Source: Candidatus Latescibacterota bacterium
Lineage (GTDB): Bacteria > Latescibacterota > UBA2968
Assembly (NCBI GenBank): GCA_965198115.1
Contig: OZ240241.1
Coordinates: forward strand, 1,664,001-1,728,000
DNA length: 64,000 nucleotides
Direction: 5' to 3'
The notes under the pieces were generated by a model. It had not been told where the DNA came from. It did no database searches and was given only the letters and a program-made list of their open reading frames with translations. The position numbers and the translations under genes were made by a program. Shown one piece after another: positions 46,780-55,915 of the stretch (positions within the stretch are counted from its first letter, which is position 1; the number at the start of each line of letters is the position of its first letter).

Positions 46780-48458
46780 TCAGAACAGACCCAGCCACGA
46801 GGGCCCGGATTCTTCCGTCGCGGGGCCCGTATCGATCCCCGACCTCGGGTCGACCCGCACATACCTTCCAGAAGCCACGACGATCTGCTCTTCCTCACCC
46901 CCGAACCGGGCGCTCACCCAGGCCGTGCCATCTTTTACACGAACCGTCGTGGCAGAACTGAGCACGACTCTGATCTCGTAAACCGCACCCTGAGAGCCCA
47001 GGATGGTGGCGAGGGGGAAGGCGACGACAATGCGTGGATCGTTAATCTTCACCCAGACCCGGCCCAACCGAATACGCAGGATCGGGTCGGCAGCGGTGCC
47101 TTCCCCCACCTTCAGTGCACTCACCGGCGCAAGCTGAGCACGCGCCTCTCCCTTTCTTACGGACAAGACGGCTTCCCCGTCCTTGCCCGTCACGATTTCT
47201 TCACCGGGCCGCACCGGCTGAAAACCCAAGGGCAGGGTGTCCCCTTCTGCGTGCACGAAAACAGCACCTTTCGTAGCCTGCACGACCCCCCGGGAAGCGC
47301 TCGCGAGCGCACGCTCACCCACGGCTCGACCCGATCCGCCTACACCCGAACCCGGCTGTCGCGCGTAATCCTCGACGGCGACTCCGCCGCGGGCTGTCGA
47401 TCTTCCTCTTCCGCTCTTCGGTGAACCGAACCAGACGAGAAAGAATGACGAGATCAACAGCACACCGACACCCGCCGCGATGGTCCCGACCCTGGACCGT
47501 CGGGGCTCCTCGATTGCGATCTCGCCGGCGGTCTTCCCACGCCCCCCCTGGGAGGTTTCGGATCATCACCTTCCTCCACCGGATCATCGGCGGCCGCGAT
47601 CGATCCCAGGTAGGTCTGCACACGCCCCGCTTCGAACAGACCTCTGGCGCGCTCTAGGATCAGACGTTGAACCGTTTGGACTTTCTCGTCCTCGGTATCG
47701 CTCAAATACTCGACATCCTCCTGGAGCAACCTGGCGCGTCTCTCCGAAACGTTGACCGGCACCCGTCCCCGCAAGCGTCGCTGGAACCCACCCAGCGCCA
47801 TGGCCAGATCCCAATCGTCGACACCCGTCAGCACCACTTGCATCTCCGTGTCGGACAGTCGGTCAAGATCCTCGACCGAGAATAATCTTTCGCGCAGCTC
47901 GTCGGCGGCACCCGAATCCAGACGGTAGAGCGAGGAAAGCAATCGACGAAGGTGCGGGGCCATCACGAAAGAAGAAAGGATCACCGCACCGAATTCGGAA
48001 TCGGTCCGCCGGGAGGGGTCGCCCAGGGCAGCGTCGAGAGCGGTCACGAAGGCAGCCTCATCGTGACCGACGTGCCGTTCGAACCCATCCCACGACTGGG
48101 TACAAAGCGTGCGAATGACTTCGGACTGGAGAGCTTCGGGAAGATGTGGAAGAGTTTCTGCGGCTGCCTGCGTGGACCCGTGCAGAAAAACAATGGCGAC
48201 GAGGTCCGACACCTGTAGCGGTCGGGCCTCGACGAGCTCTCCGTCTCGGCCTCCGTCTTCGTCGAACAGTCGCGACAGATCCTGCGACAGAATCTGTTCG
48301 ACGATCGTCTGTTCGCTCCCCGGAACGGGATCGGCCTCGAGACACGCGAGTGTCGCCTCGCGCAGGTCGGCGGGGAACGCCCCCAGCATTCGGCCGCGAG
48401 CGTCGGGCCCGAGCGATCTCAACACGATCGAAAGGGCACGTGGAAGCCCGGATTCCAC
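46780..48458 (-). CDS. FliG-like / TM / FecR-like fusion protein (~559 aa), split by a 1-nt frameshift in a G7 run at 47542-47548
   Basis: ORF 47454-48458 matches FliG M/C (LFSVEDLDRLSDTEMQVVL...DLAMAL...NVSERRARLLQEDVEYL...VQRLILERAR). ORF 46780-47463 is FecR-like (GEEIVTGKDGEA, LRIRLGRVW, VRVKDGTA). G8 gives a continuous RGKTAGE...RRSRVGTIAAGVGVLLISSFFLVWF. Confidence 0.7.
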
Positions 48459-48460
48459 GC

Positions 48461-49636
48461 CTACGTGTCACCTCGGCCCAGTACGTCGATATACTTGAGC
48501 CCAGACCCGGTGTTGAACAACACGACCCGGTCATTCTCGGACAAGAACCCGGATGCTACCAGGGACTTGAGGCAGGCCAGCGTGGCACCGCCTTCGGGAG
48601 CGGGAAAGATTCCGGTGAAAGCGGCCATCTCGGTCACGCCGGCCACGAGATCATCATCCGAAACGGCGAGTGCGCACCCGCCGCTGTCGCGAATCGCCCT
48701 GAGCATCAGGAAATCGCCGACGGCGGCTGGCACCCGAAGCCCCGCTGCAAGCGTCTGCGCGTTCTCCCACGGATCGGCGTGTGTCTTTCCGCTTTCGTAC
48801 GCGCGAACGATCGGTGCGCATCCTTCGGCCTGGACCGAGATCATCTTGGGACGATGCGAGCCGATCCAACCCAATTCACCCATCTCGGCAAACGCCTTCC
48901 ACATCCCGATCAGCCCCGTACCGCCGCCCGTCGGATAGATGATCACATCGGGGAGCTCCCATCCCATTTGCTCGGCGAGCTCATACCCCATAGTCTTCTT
49001 GCCTTCGACACGGTAGGGTTCCTTCAGCGTGCTGACGTCGAACCAGCCCTCCGCCTCTTTCCGCTCGGCGACGACGCGGCCACAGTCTGAAATCAGCCCA
49101 TCGACGAGTTGGACATCCGCACCCAGTACACGGCTTTCCACGAGGTTGGCCACAGGGACGTCGCGCGGCATGAAGATGTGCGCTCTGAGGCCGGCACGAG
49201 CCGCGTAGGCGGCGGTCGCGCCTCCGGCGTTGCCTGCCGAAGGAATCGCCAGCTCCCGAGCTCCCAGTTCGGCTGCCCGAGAAACGGCGGCGGAAAGCCC
49301 GCGAGCCTTGAAGCTTCCTGTCGGATTCGTTCCCTCATCCTTGATGAACAGGTTGGGAACGCCCACCCGCTCGCCGAGTGCCCTCGTCTGCAGAAGCGGC
49401 GTAAAACCCTCGCCCAGACTGACCCTGAACCGTGGATCCTCCACGGGCATCACCTCGGCATAACGCCACATGGTCGGCTCGCGCGCGGTCAATGCATCGC
49501 GGTCGAGGGAAGATCGGACTTTTTCCAGATCGTATCGGGCGAACAGGGGAACTCCCTCGTCCGAAAGGTTCTGCAATCGATCTTTCGAATAGGACCGGGC
49601 GGTCTTGGTACAGATCAGATCCACGAGGAAAGACAT
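48461..49636 (-). CDS. thrC: Threonine synthase
   Basis: SLGEGFTPL, KDEGTNPTGSFKARG, PSAGNAG, EGKKTMG, YPTGGGTG, FNTGSGLKY. Confidence 0.93.
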   Translation of the reverse strand: MSFLVDLICTKTARSYSKDRLQNLSDEGVPLFARYDLEKVRSSLDRDALTAREPTMWRYAEVMPVEDPRFRVSLGEGFTPLLQTRALGERVGVPNLFIKDEGTNPTGSFKARGLSAAVSRAAELGARELAIPSAGNAGGATAAYAARAGLRAHIFMPRDVPVANLVESRVLGADVQLVDGLISDCGRVVAERKEAEGWFDVSTLKEPYRVEGKKTMGYELAEQMGWELPDVIIYPTGGGTGLIGMWKAFAEMGELGWIGSHRPKMISVQAEGCAPIVRAYESGKTHADPWENAQTLAAGLRVPAAVGDFLMLRAIRDSGGCALAVSDDDLVAGVTEMAAFTGIFPAPEGGATLACLKSLVASGFLSENDRVVLFNTGSGLKYIDVLGRGDT

Positions 49637-50463
49637 AAAATTCTCCGGGGCGGTCTCTCGAACAGAGGGGCCCTATGATGTCCCGGACACGCGGAATAGT
49701 CAAGACGTGCCGGTTGGAGAAAGGGGCAAATCGATCCCGTAATCACGCATCTTCCGTCGCAAGGTCGGTCGCGTGATGCCTAAAAGCTCGCAGACCTTTG
49801 CCACGGTTCCACCCGGCGAGGCAGAGGGCCTCGCGAATGTGCTGGCGCTCGACGTCCTGCAGGGAGGGCACCCCCGTCGCCTGCCCACCCTCGACCGATC
49901 CGAGCAGGATGTCTTCTGGCTCGATCACGTTGCCCCGGCACGAGAGGGCGCCCCGAGTCAGTACGTTTTGCAGTTCCCGAACGTTCCCCGGCCACGGCGA
50001 CCCCATCAGATGTATCATCGCATCGTCGCTGATGCTCACCGATCCCACGCCGACGCGGGACCCGATACGTGTCAACAGACGCGTCACGAGTGTGGGAATG
50101 TCGTCCCGGCGTTCTGCGAGCGAGGACAGACGAACGGTGACTTCGGCCAGTCGGTAATACAGATCGGCGCGGAATCCTCCGTCGGCTACCAGGGCCTCCA
50201 GCTCCCGATTGGTCGCTGCCACGAGTCGAAGATCCGGACGTACCAGATCCCGTCCCCCGACGCGGTAGAACTCTCCGCGGTCGAGCGCTTCGCAGCAGTT
50301 TGGCCTGCAGACTGAGCGGGGCGTCCCCGATCTCGTCCAGAAACAGCGTACCCCGATCGGCCAGCTCGAAACATCTCTTTCGTCTGTCCGTCGCACCCGT
50401 GAAGGCGCCTCGTTCGTGACCGAACAGTTCGCTTTCGGCCAGGGACTCCATCACGGCCGCGCA

Positions 50464-51105
50464 GTCATGACCTCCGGCAAAGCCGGAGGCTTGAAAACTT
50501 GTGAACCGCTCAAAGCGGTTGGAAACCAAGCGCCACCTAAAGGTGGCGATTACCTGAAAATGTTGAGCTGGTCGAGACTCAGGTCCTCCCGCTCCTGGTT
50601 CTGGATATACTCCCGAACCGTCTGTTCATCCTTGCCAACGGTGGAGACCCAGTAGCCTCTTGCCCAGAAATGCTGCCCGGTGAAGTTCGACCTAACCTAC
50701 GTCCCAGATAGTTCCGAGCAATGTGAATCGCACTCTTTCCTTTGATGAACCCTACCGTCTGAGCTACTGAGTGCTTCGGCGGGATCGAAATCAACGTGTG
50801 CACATGGTCGGATCGCAGGTGACCCTCTTCCACACGGCATTCCTTCTGTGCGGCCAGATCCCGAATCACCTCGCCCAGATAGCGACGAATTTCACCATAC
50901 AACACTTTTCTACGATACTTCCGAACCCAAACAACGTCATACTTGCACTCCCAAACCGTGTGACGTAGACTCCTTACGTTGTTCATTAGAGAGCCTTCCT
51001 TCCGTGTGCTTTGAGCGGTCCACGGCAAGGGAGGCTCTTACATATTTCTGGAACTGTCAAACTCTGGGAGTCTCCCCGGCAGAGCCGGGGGCTTACCAAG
51101 GTTTA
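50464..51105 (-). mobile_element. IS200/IS605 family element, tnpA-only (IS200-like), 642 bp
   Basis: Subterminal hairpins CCCCGGC-TCT-GCCGGGG and CCTCCGGC-TTT-GCCGGAGG; inserted 3' of TTAAC; ends in TGAC; no target duplication; removal restores GTT AAC TGC (VNC). Confidence 0.93.
50550..50986 (-). pseudogene. tnpA: IS200 Y1 (HUH) transposase, frameshifted by a 5-bp duplication
   Basis: HTVWECKY, KYRRK, DHVH, IKGKS, then in the shifted frame FWARGYWVSTVG...EYIQNQ; ACCTA ACCTA duplication at 50690-50699. Confidence 0.9.
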
Positions 51106-51717
51106 GTTAACGGCGACGAACGGCCCCGGCCGACCCGAAGCTGCGTGAATCGATCGGGCAAGCAACTCCTTACCCGTGCCGCTCTGCCCTCGAATGAAGA
51201 TATTGGCGCCTGTCGGCGCGGTCGCCGCTGCCGTGCGGTAGGCTCGAATCATGTCCGGGTTTCCGCCCACCACGACGTCCGCCCTCGGAAACGCCGTTTC
51301 GACACCGTCCATCCGCACACGTCGCCGATTGACACAAGGCAGCCTGGACAATGTCATTTTGAGCGCCGTCAGGGACAGAGGTTTGGAAAGACAATCGAAC
51401 GCACCCGTACCGATCGCTTCGAAGACCGTGTCGGAGGTATAGGCTGCGCTGAAGACCGCGACCGGGATCGACGGAATATGGGCCGACCCCAGCCGAATCA
51501 CGTCACGCGCATCACCGTCGGGCAGCACCACTTCGGTCAGAACCAGATCAGGAGGACGATTGCGAATCGCTTCTCGCGCTTTTTTGACCGTCGACGAGCG
51601 CATCAGCAAGAGACGGTCGTCGTCGGGAAACGGATCGGCGGACTGCGAGTCGACGATGAGTACGTGTGGCATCAGGGCCTCCTGGGTTTGAATTTTTTCA
51701 GGTCGGGTTCCTCATAG

Positions 51718-51732
51718 GCAAACACTGTGCCC
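51718..51732 (-). promoter_or_regulatory. sigma54 (-24/-12) promoter of the NtrC-family gene
   Basis: GGGCAC-AGTGT-TTGC on the minus strand, 45 bp upstream of the ATG (RBS AGGAGG). Confidence 0.65.
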
Positions 51733-51836
51733 ATCATTTCTTTCCCTTCGCACCAACCCGCCCGTTGGTCCCCTCCGCGCGTTTGTCGTCGATTCGCAGA
51801 CACTTTACAGCTTCCTTGTCGACGGTTTGATGGCAC

Positions 51837-51872
51837 AAGAAGAAGCCCCCTCTCCCAACGGGCAGAGGGGGC
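51837..51872 (-). terminator. Intrinsic terminator after the FN3 lipoprotein gene
   Basis: GCCCCCTCT...AGAGGGGGC stem followed by TTCTTCTT on the minus strand. Confidence 0.7.
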
Positions 51873-51897
51873 AGATGAAAGTCGTGTCAGACGATCC

Positions 51898-54462
51898 CTA
51901 AGGAACAGCCACGGTCTGTTCTTCCGATGAATCCCCGAAGCTGCTGCCGAGACGGGCCACGATCCGGTAGACGTAGACCCTGCCCGACAGCACCGTCGTG
52001 TCCACGTAGGTCGTGGTCTGCAGCCCTGTTGCAACCGTGATGAAGGTCCCCGATGACGAGTCCGACCCGGGTTCTTTGCGCTGAACGCTGAAAGAGTCGA
52101 ACGACCCGACGGCGCTCCAGGTCAGCGTGACGTCGGGCGTGGCCGTCGCCTGTGCCTGGACGTTCGTAGGCACCAGGATACCCGTGCCCAGAGCCGTCCT
52201 CGACACGGAACTCGACAGATCGCTCTCGTTGCTGTCCCCGTCCAGGGCGCTGACGCGGTAGATGTAAGTCGACCCGGTCGTCAGCCCCTCGTCGACATAG
52301 GTGGTCGACGACACCTCGGCGACTTGAATGAGTCCCGACGCTTCCGTCTCGAGTGCCCGATAGACGCGATAGGTGGCCAACCCGGTCAAATCCGAGCCGC
52401 CCGTATCCGTCTTCGGCGAGGTCCACGAAACCGAAATCGAGGTGCTGCTGGGACTTTCCAAAACGATCTGCGTCGGCGTGGCCGGCGCTCGATCATCCAG
52501 GGGAACCTGGGCAGAAACGAACAGGGACAGCTCGCTTTCCAGTCCTCCCAACCCGAGTGCCTGCACCCTGTAAACCACCGTGTCTCCTGGTGTGAGGGGC
52601 GAATCGACGTAAGTTGTTTGGATCGTCGAAAAAGTGCCCTGAGCCGCCGCATCGGCGGGATCTGCGAAACGCAAGACCCTGTAGCCGGTCAGTTCCGCTT
52701 CGGTGTTGGCCGACCAGCTTACCGTCACACGCGCGATGTCGGGCGTGGCAGTAACGTTCGTTGGCGCTTCGAGCTGGGAGGCGACCGTGCCCGAAACGAA
52801 CGCACTCGGCTCGCTCTCCAAGCCACCTGTCGCGATCGCCACGACGCGGTAGACAAAGGTCGCACCCGCCGTGAGAGGCGAGTCGACCAGCGTGGTCTGA
52901 ACCGTGTTGAAGGTCTGGTCGGGATCGGTGTCGTTCGGGTCGAGGAACCGTTTGACCTCGTAGCCCGTCAATTCGGGTTCACTGTTGGCTCTCCACGTGA
53001 TGATCAGTTGCTGCGGCCCCGCCTCGACTGCAACACCCGTGGGCCGGCTGACGCCGCGAGTCGTCACGGATGAGCCGCTCGACCTGGGGCCCACGTTTCC
53101 GACCACGTCGACCGCACTGATCGCGTAGAAATATCGCGTCAGCTGGGCCACGGTCGTGTCTTCGTAGGTCTCCTGCAACACATCGACCTCAGCCAACAGA
53201 ACGAACGAGCTTGCCGACTCACGCGACCTGAAGATGCGGTAGCCTGCGAGTCCCGTGATGTCATCGCCGTCGCTGTCGGTTGTGGGTGCCGTCCACGTCA
53301 ACGACACGAGTCGCAGGTCGGTTTCGCTCAAGCTGACGATGACATCGGAGGGCGCTGCAGGGGGCGTCTCGTCCGATGTAGCGACACCGTCGACGAAAGT
53401 AGAGGCGGGGCTTCTGCGCAGACCCAACTGTGGATCATCGGCCACTGCCTGGATCTTGTAGAAATAGACCTGATCGGCGACGAGGTTGCTGTCGACGTAG
53501 GTCGTGAGTGCCGTCGTAAACAGTGTATCCGAAGTCACCGGCAAGAAGGTCGCCTGCGTGTCCGTCGCTCGAAGGATGAGATACCCGATCAGACTCGGAT
53601 CGTTCACGGCAGTCCAGCTGATGTCGATCGCATCGATGCCCGACGTGGTCTGGATGTTGACCGGTGTCTGGAGACCCGTATTGCCCGTCGTGATGGACGC
53701 CGACGTCGAGCGTCCACTCTCGTTCGTATCGCCATCGACCGCGCTCACGCGGTAGAAATACTGGGACCCGACCACCAACCCCGCTGAATCGATAAAAGCC
53801 GTCGCGGTGGAGGCGACCTCGGCAATCTGAACGAAGGCGTCCTGAGAGTCCTGCGATCGGAATACTCGATAGGTCTCAAGACCCGTGAGGGGAAGACTGT
53901 TCGCGTCACTCAGGGGCGCGTTCCAGGTGAGCGTCACATATCCCGTGGAAGCATCGGCGACCGCCGAAAGATCCGTGGGCTGGCCGGGAGGACGGCTGTC
54001 GTCCTGCGCCTCCGCATTCACGAAAACGGACAGTTCGCTCTGCCGATCGACGACATCGACGGTAGACAGCCGGTAGAAGTAGACCTTGGCCACCGACAGA
54101 TCCACCGTCGAATCCACGAAGGTCGTCCGAGCCGTGGAGATGAGCGTATCGGCGTCTTCACCACTCAGACGAACATATCCCTCCGTCGCGACTGTCGACC
54201 GCCAGATACCGTAGCCCTTCAAATCGTTGCTGACGACGGCGTTCCACTGTAGCTGAATCCTTCCAATGTCTCCCACCGCTCGAATGTTCGTGGGCGGGCT
54301 CAGAGCCTCATTTCCGGAAAAGTTGGGATCGATGGGGTTGGTTCGCTCTCGACCGCACGCAACGATCAACAGAACCAACGCAACCGTGCAAAAGCGGCCG
54401 ACACGCTGCCGCCAGGAGTGCGTCATCTTCATCTCCCCGAATCGGATAGCGGAGGTCGTCAT
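51898..54462 (-). CDS. Large fibronectin type III repeat lipoprotein (about 8 FN3 domains)
   Basis: Lipobox LIVAC then NPIDP; repeated P..P.....L.W....L.GY...R....D.......Y.Y.V.A.D..GNES. Confidence 0.88.
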   Translation of the reverse strand: MTTSAIRFGEMKMTHSWRQRVGRFCTVALVLLIVACGRERTNPIDPNFSGNEALSPPTNIRAVGDIGRIQLQWNAVVSNDLKGYGIWRSTVATEGYVRLSGEDADTLISTARTTFVDSTVDLSVAKVYFYRLSTVDVVDRQSELSVFVNAEAQDDSRPPGQPTDLSAVADASTGYVTLTWNAPLSDANSLPLTGLETYRVFRSQDSQDAFVQIAEVASTATAFIDSAGLVVGSQYFYRVSAVDGDTNESGRSTSASITTGNTGLQTPVNIQTTSGIDAIDISWTAVNDPSLIGYLILRATDTQATFLPVTSDTLFTTALTTYVDSNLVADQVYFYKIQAVADDPQLGLRRSPASTFVDGVATSDETPPAAPSDVIVSLSETDLRLVSLTWTAPTTDSDGDDITGLAGYRIFRSRESASSFVLLAEVDVLQETYEDTTVAQLTRYFYAISAVDVVGNVGPRSSGSSVTTRGVSRPTGVAVEAGPQQLIITWRANSEPELTGYEVKRFLDPNDTDPDQTFNTVQTTLVDSPLTAGATFVYRVVAIATGGLESEPSAFVSGTVASQLEAPTNVTATPDIARVTVSWSANTEAELTGYRVLRFADPADAAAQGTFSTIQTTYVDSPLTPGDTVVYRVQALGLGGLESELSLFVSAQVPLDDRAPATPTQIVLESPSSTSISVSWTSPKTDTGGSDLTGLATYRVYRALETEASGLIQVAEVSSTTYVDEGLTTGSTYIYRVSALDGDSNESDLSSSVSRTALGTGILVPTNVQAQATATPDVTLTWSAVGSFDSFSVQRKEPGSDSSSGTFITVATGLQTTTYVDTTVLSGRVYVYRIVARLGSSFGDSSEEQTVAVP

Positions 54463-54935
54463 CAGAACTGGCGACTCAGCGCCACCCCCAGCTGTTTATT
54501 GTAGACATCGCTGTTCAAGTTCACCGAAAAGTCTTCCTTGATCATGAGGCCGCGGTCCATCTTGGGAATGTTGTCGTCCACCCCGCTGGCCAGAAGCAGT
54601 CGCAGACCACTCACGAACATCACGACCGAAAGCCCGGCCGCCATTTGACTCTTTGTGTCTCGATCGCTCGTCCTCTTGTACAACTCCTCTGCCTCCGCCG
54701 ACGAGGCAGCGAGTAGATAGCGGTCGTAGATGTCGTCCGCGTCACTCCGGAAGTCCAGGGCGCGTTTGGCTAACAGGGCGCTTCCGCCCACGAAGAGAGC
54801 ACCGAACGTACGGCGAACCGTAAACAGAGACTCTGCGCGAACCGAAGCTGCCGCCGACAGATTCAGCAGACACGCTGATAGAAAAGCACAGACCCACTTA
54901 CACGAACGCATGATAGACCTTCTCCCCCCTGCCAT
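54462..54935 (-). CDS. Hypothetical exported/membrane protein coupled to the FN3 lipoprotein gene
   Basis: Signal-like N-terminus, two hydrophobic helices around a DIYDRY segment, terminal LGVALSRQF; likely start near 54911. Confidence 0.6.
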   Translation of the reverse strand: MAGGRRSIMRSCKWVCAFLSACLLNLSAAASVRAESLFTVRRTFGALFVGGSALLAKRALDFRSDADDIYDRYLLAASSAEAEELYKRTSDRDTKSQMAAGLSVVMFVSGLRLLLASGVDDNIPKMDRGLMIKEDFSVNLNSDVYNKQLGVALSRQF

Positions 54936-55153
54936 GAAGGCAGCGCAGGTGGCTAAACTCGGTCAGGTTAGACACGGTATCCGACTTGCGGGTTTCGCGA
55001 GAATACGTCGAACAGAGGACGTCGCGCGAGGCGTCAACCCTTGTGTGGGAGGGGAGTGCGGCGGATTGAGCGTCGGAACGGGAGGAACGTCTAAACATAG
55101 ACCATGCCTCTTCCAAAGGCAACGAAGACGTGCCTGAATTCGACGACCGTAGA

Positions 55154-55915
55154 TCACGCGTCAGGCCCCCTCACGACGCGTATGCCGGCGGCGTAGTCGG
55201 CAAGGGTTCGACCGTTCCGATCGACGAATACCCACAGCGCCCCCACCCCGAGCGTCACCGGATAAACCAAGTAGGCGACAACGATCCTGATGACGTTTCG
55301 AAGCATGCTTGGAGCCTTTCCTGCCGCATCGACGAGCCTGACGCCGGCCTCCTTCAACCCCACCGAAGATCCTGTCCTCGCCCATTGCGGCGCGACGATC
55401 AGAATGCGGTAGACGACGAGAGCCCCGTAGTAGGGTCCGTAGTCTTGAACCGCACCGAGCAGCCTTTCGGGATCGGTGAAGAAGTCCACGGCCTGATCGA
55501 GGAAGGCGGGCTCATCCGGTGGTCGCCCACGACCTCTTCCCCGGCCTCCCCCGCCCCGTCTGGGTCCACGACCGCCGCCTTCGTTCGCCCCGCCGCCGAC
55601 TGATATGACACCGGCTCCTGCAAGAATCAGACCGATGATTCCCGCAGGCAGCAGAGAAACAAACAGGTCGACGGCGCTCCCCCAAAGCCGACGCAAACCC
55701 GATGGCGCGTCTGACGATTCAGACGATGGGACCGTGACTTCGTCCAGGCGGTCGAGCCGCGATCGAATCTCCGACTGCACCAAACGGAATCGGTCTGGAT
55801 ACGATTCCCGGTCGAGGTGCGCGAACACGTCCTCGAGCTGATCGAGGCTGTAGCCCCGAATGAGCGTCTCGAACGCACGTTCCTCATCGACAGCTTCGCG
55901 CGTCTCTTCCATCAC
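55154..55915 (-). CDS. RDD family membrane protein
   Basis: RRLWGSAVD, GLK..G.R.V, RTLADYAAGIRVV. Confidence 0.8.
   Translation of the reverse strand: MMEETREAVDEERAFETLIRGYSLDQLEDVFAHLDRESYPDRFRLVQSEIRSRLDRLDEVTVPSSESSDAPSGLRRLWGSAVDLFVSLLPAGIIGLILAGAGVISVGGGANEGGGRGPRRGGGGRGRGRGRPPDEPAFLDQAVDFFTDPERLLGAVQDYGPYYGALVVYRILIVAPQWARTGSSVGLKEAGVRLVDAAGKAPSMLRNVIRIVVAYLVYPVTLGVGALWVFVDRNGRTLADYAAGIRVVRGPDA

Larger units (their letters stand above)
49700..51672 (-). pseudogene. sigma54-dependent response regulator (NtrC/AtoC family) interrupted by an IS200-type element and two frameshifts
   Basis: 5' part: receiver plus GQSGTGKE...FVAVN (to 51106). 3' part resumes [49 protein letters not shown] and Fis [15 protein letters not shown]. 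Extra bases near 50290 and 49798. Confidence 0.9.

Noticed and set aside
50464-51105. IS605-type element with tnpB/omega RNA
   Set aside because: The element is only 642 bp and is accounted for by tnpA and its ends; no room for tnpB
51831-51846. Plus-strand TGGCAC as a sigma54 promoter
   Set aside because: No TTGC at the required distance; the region is a terminator flank
54936-55153. Riboswitch upstream of the FN3 lipoprotein operon
   Set aside because: Only a partial GAAA/GTCTAA resemblance to c-di-GMP-I; the required helices could not be formed
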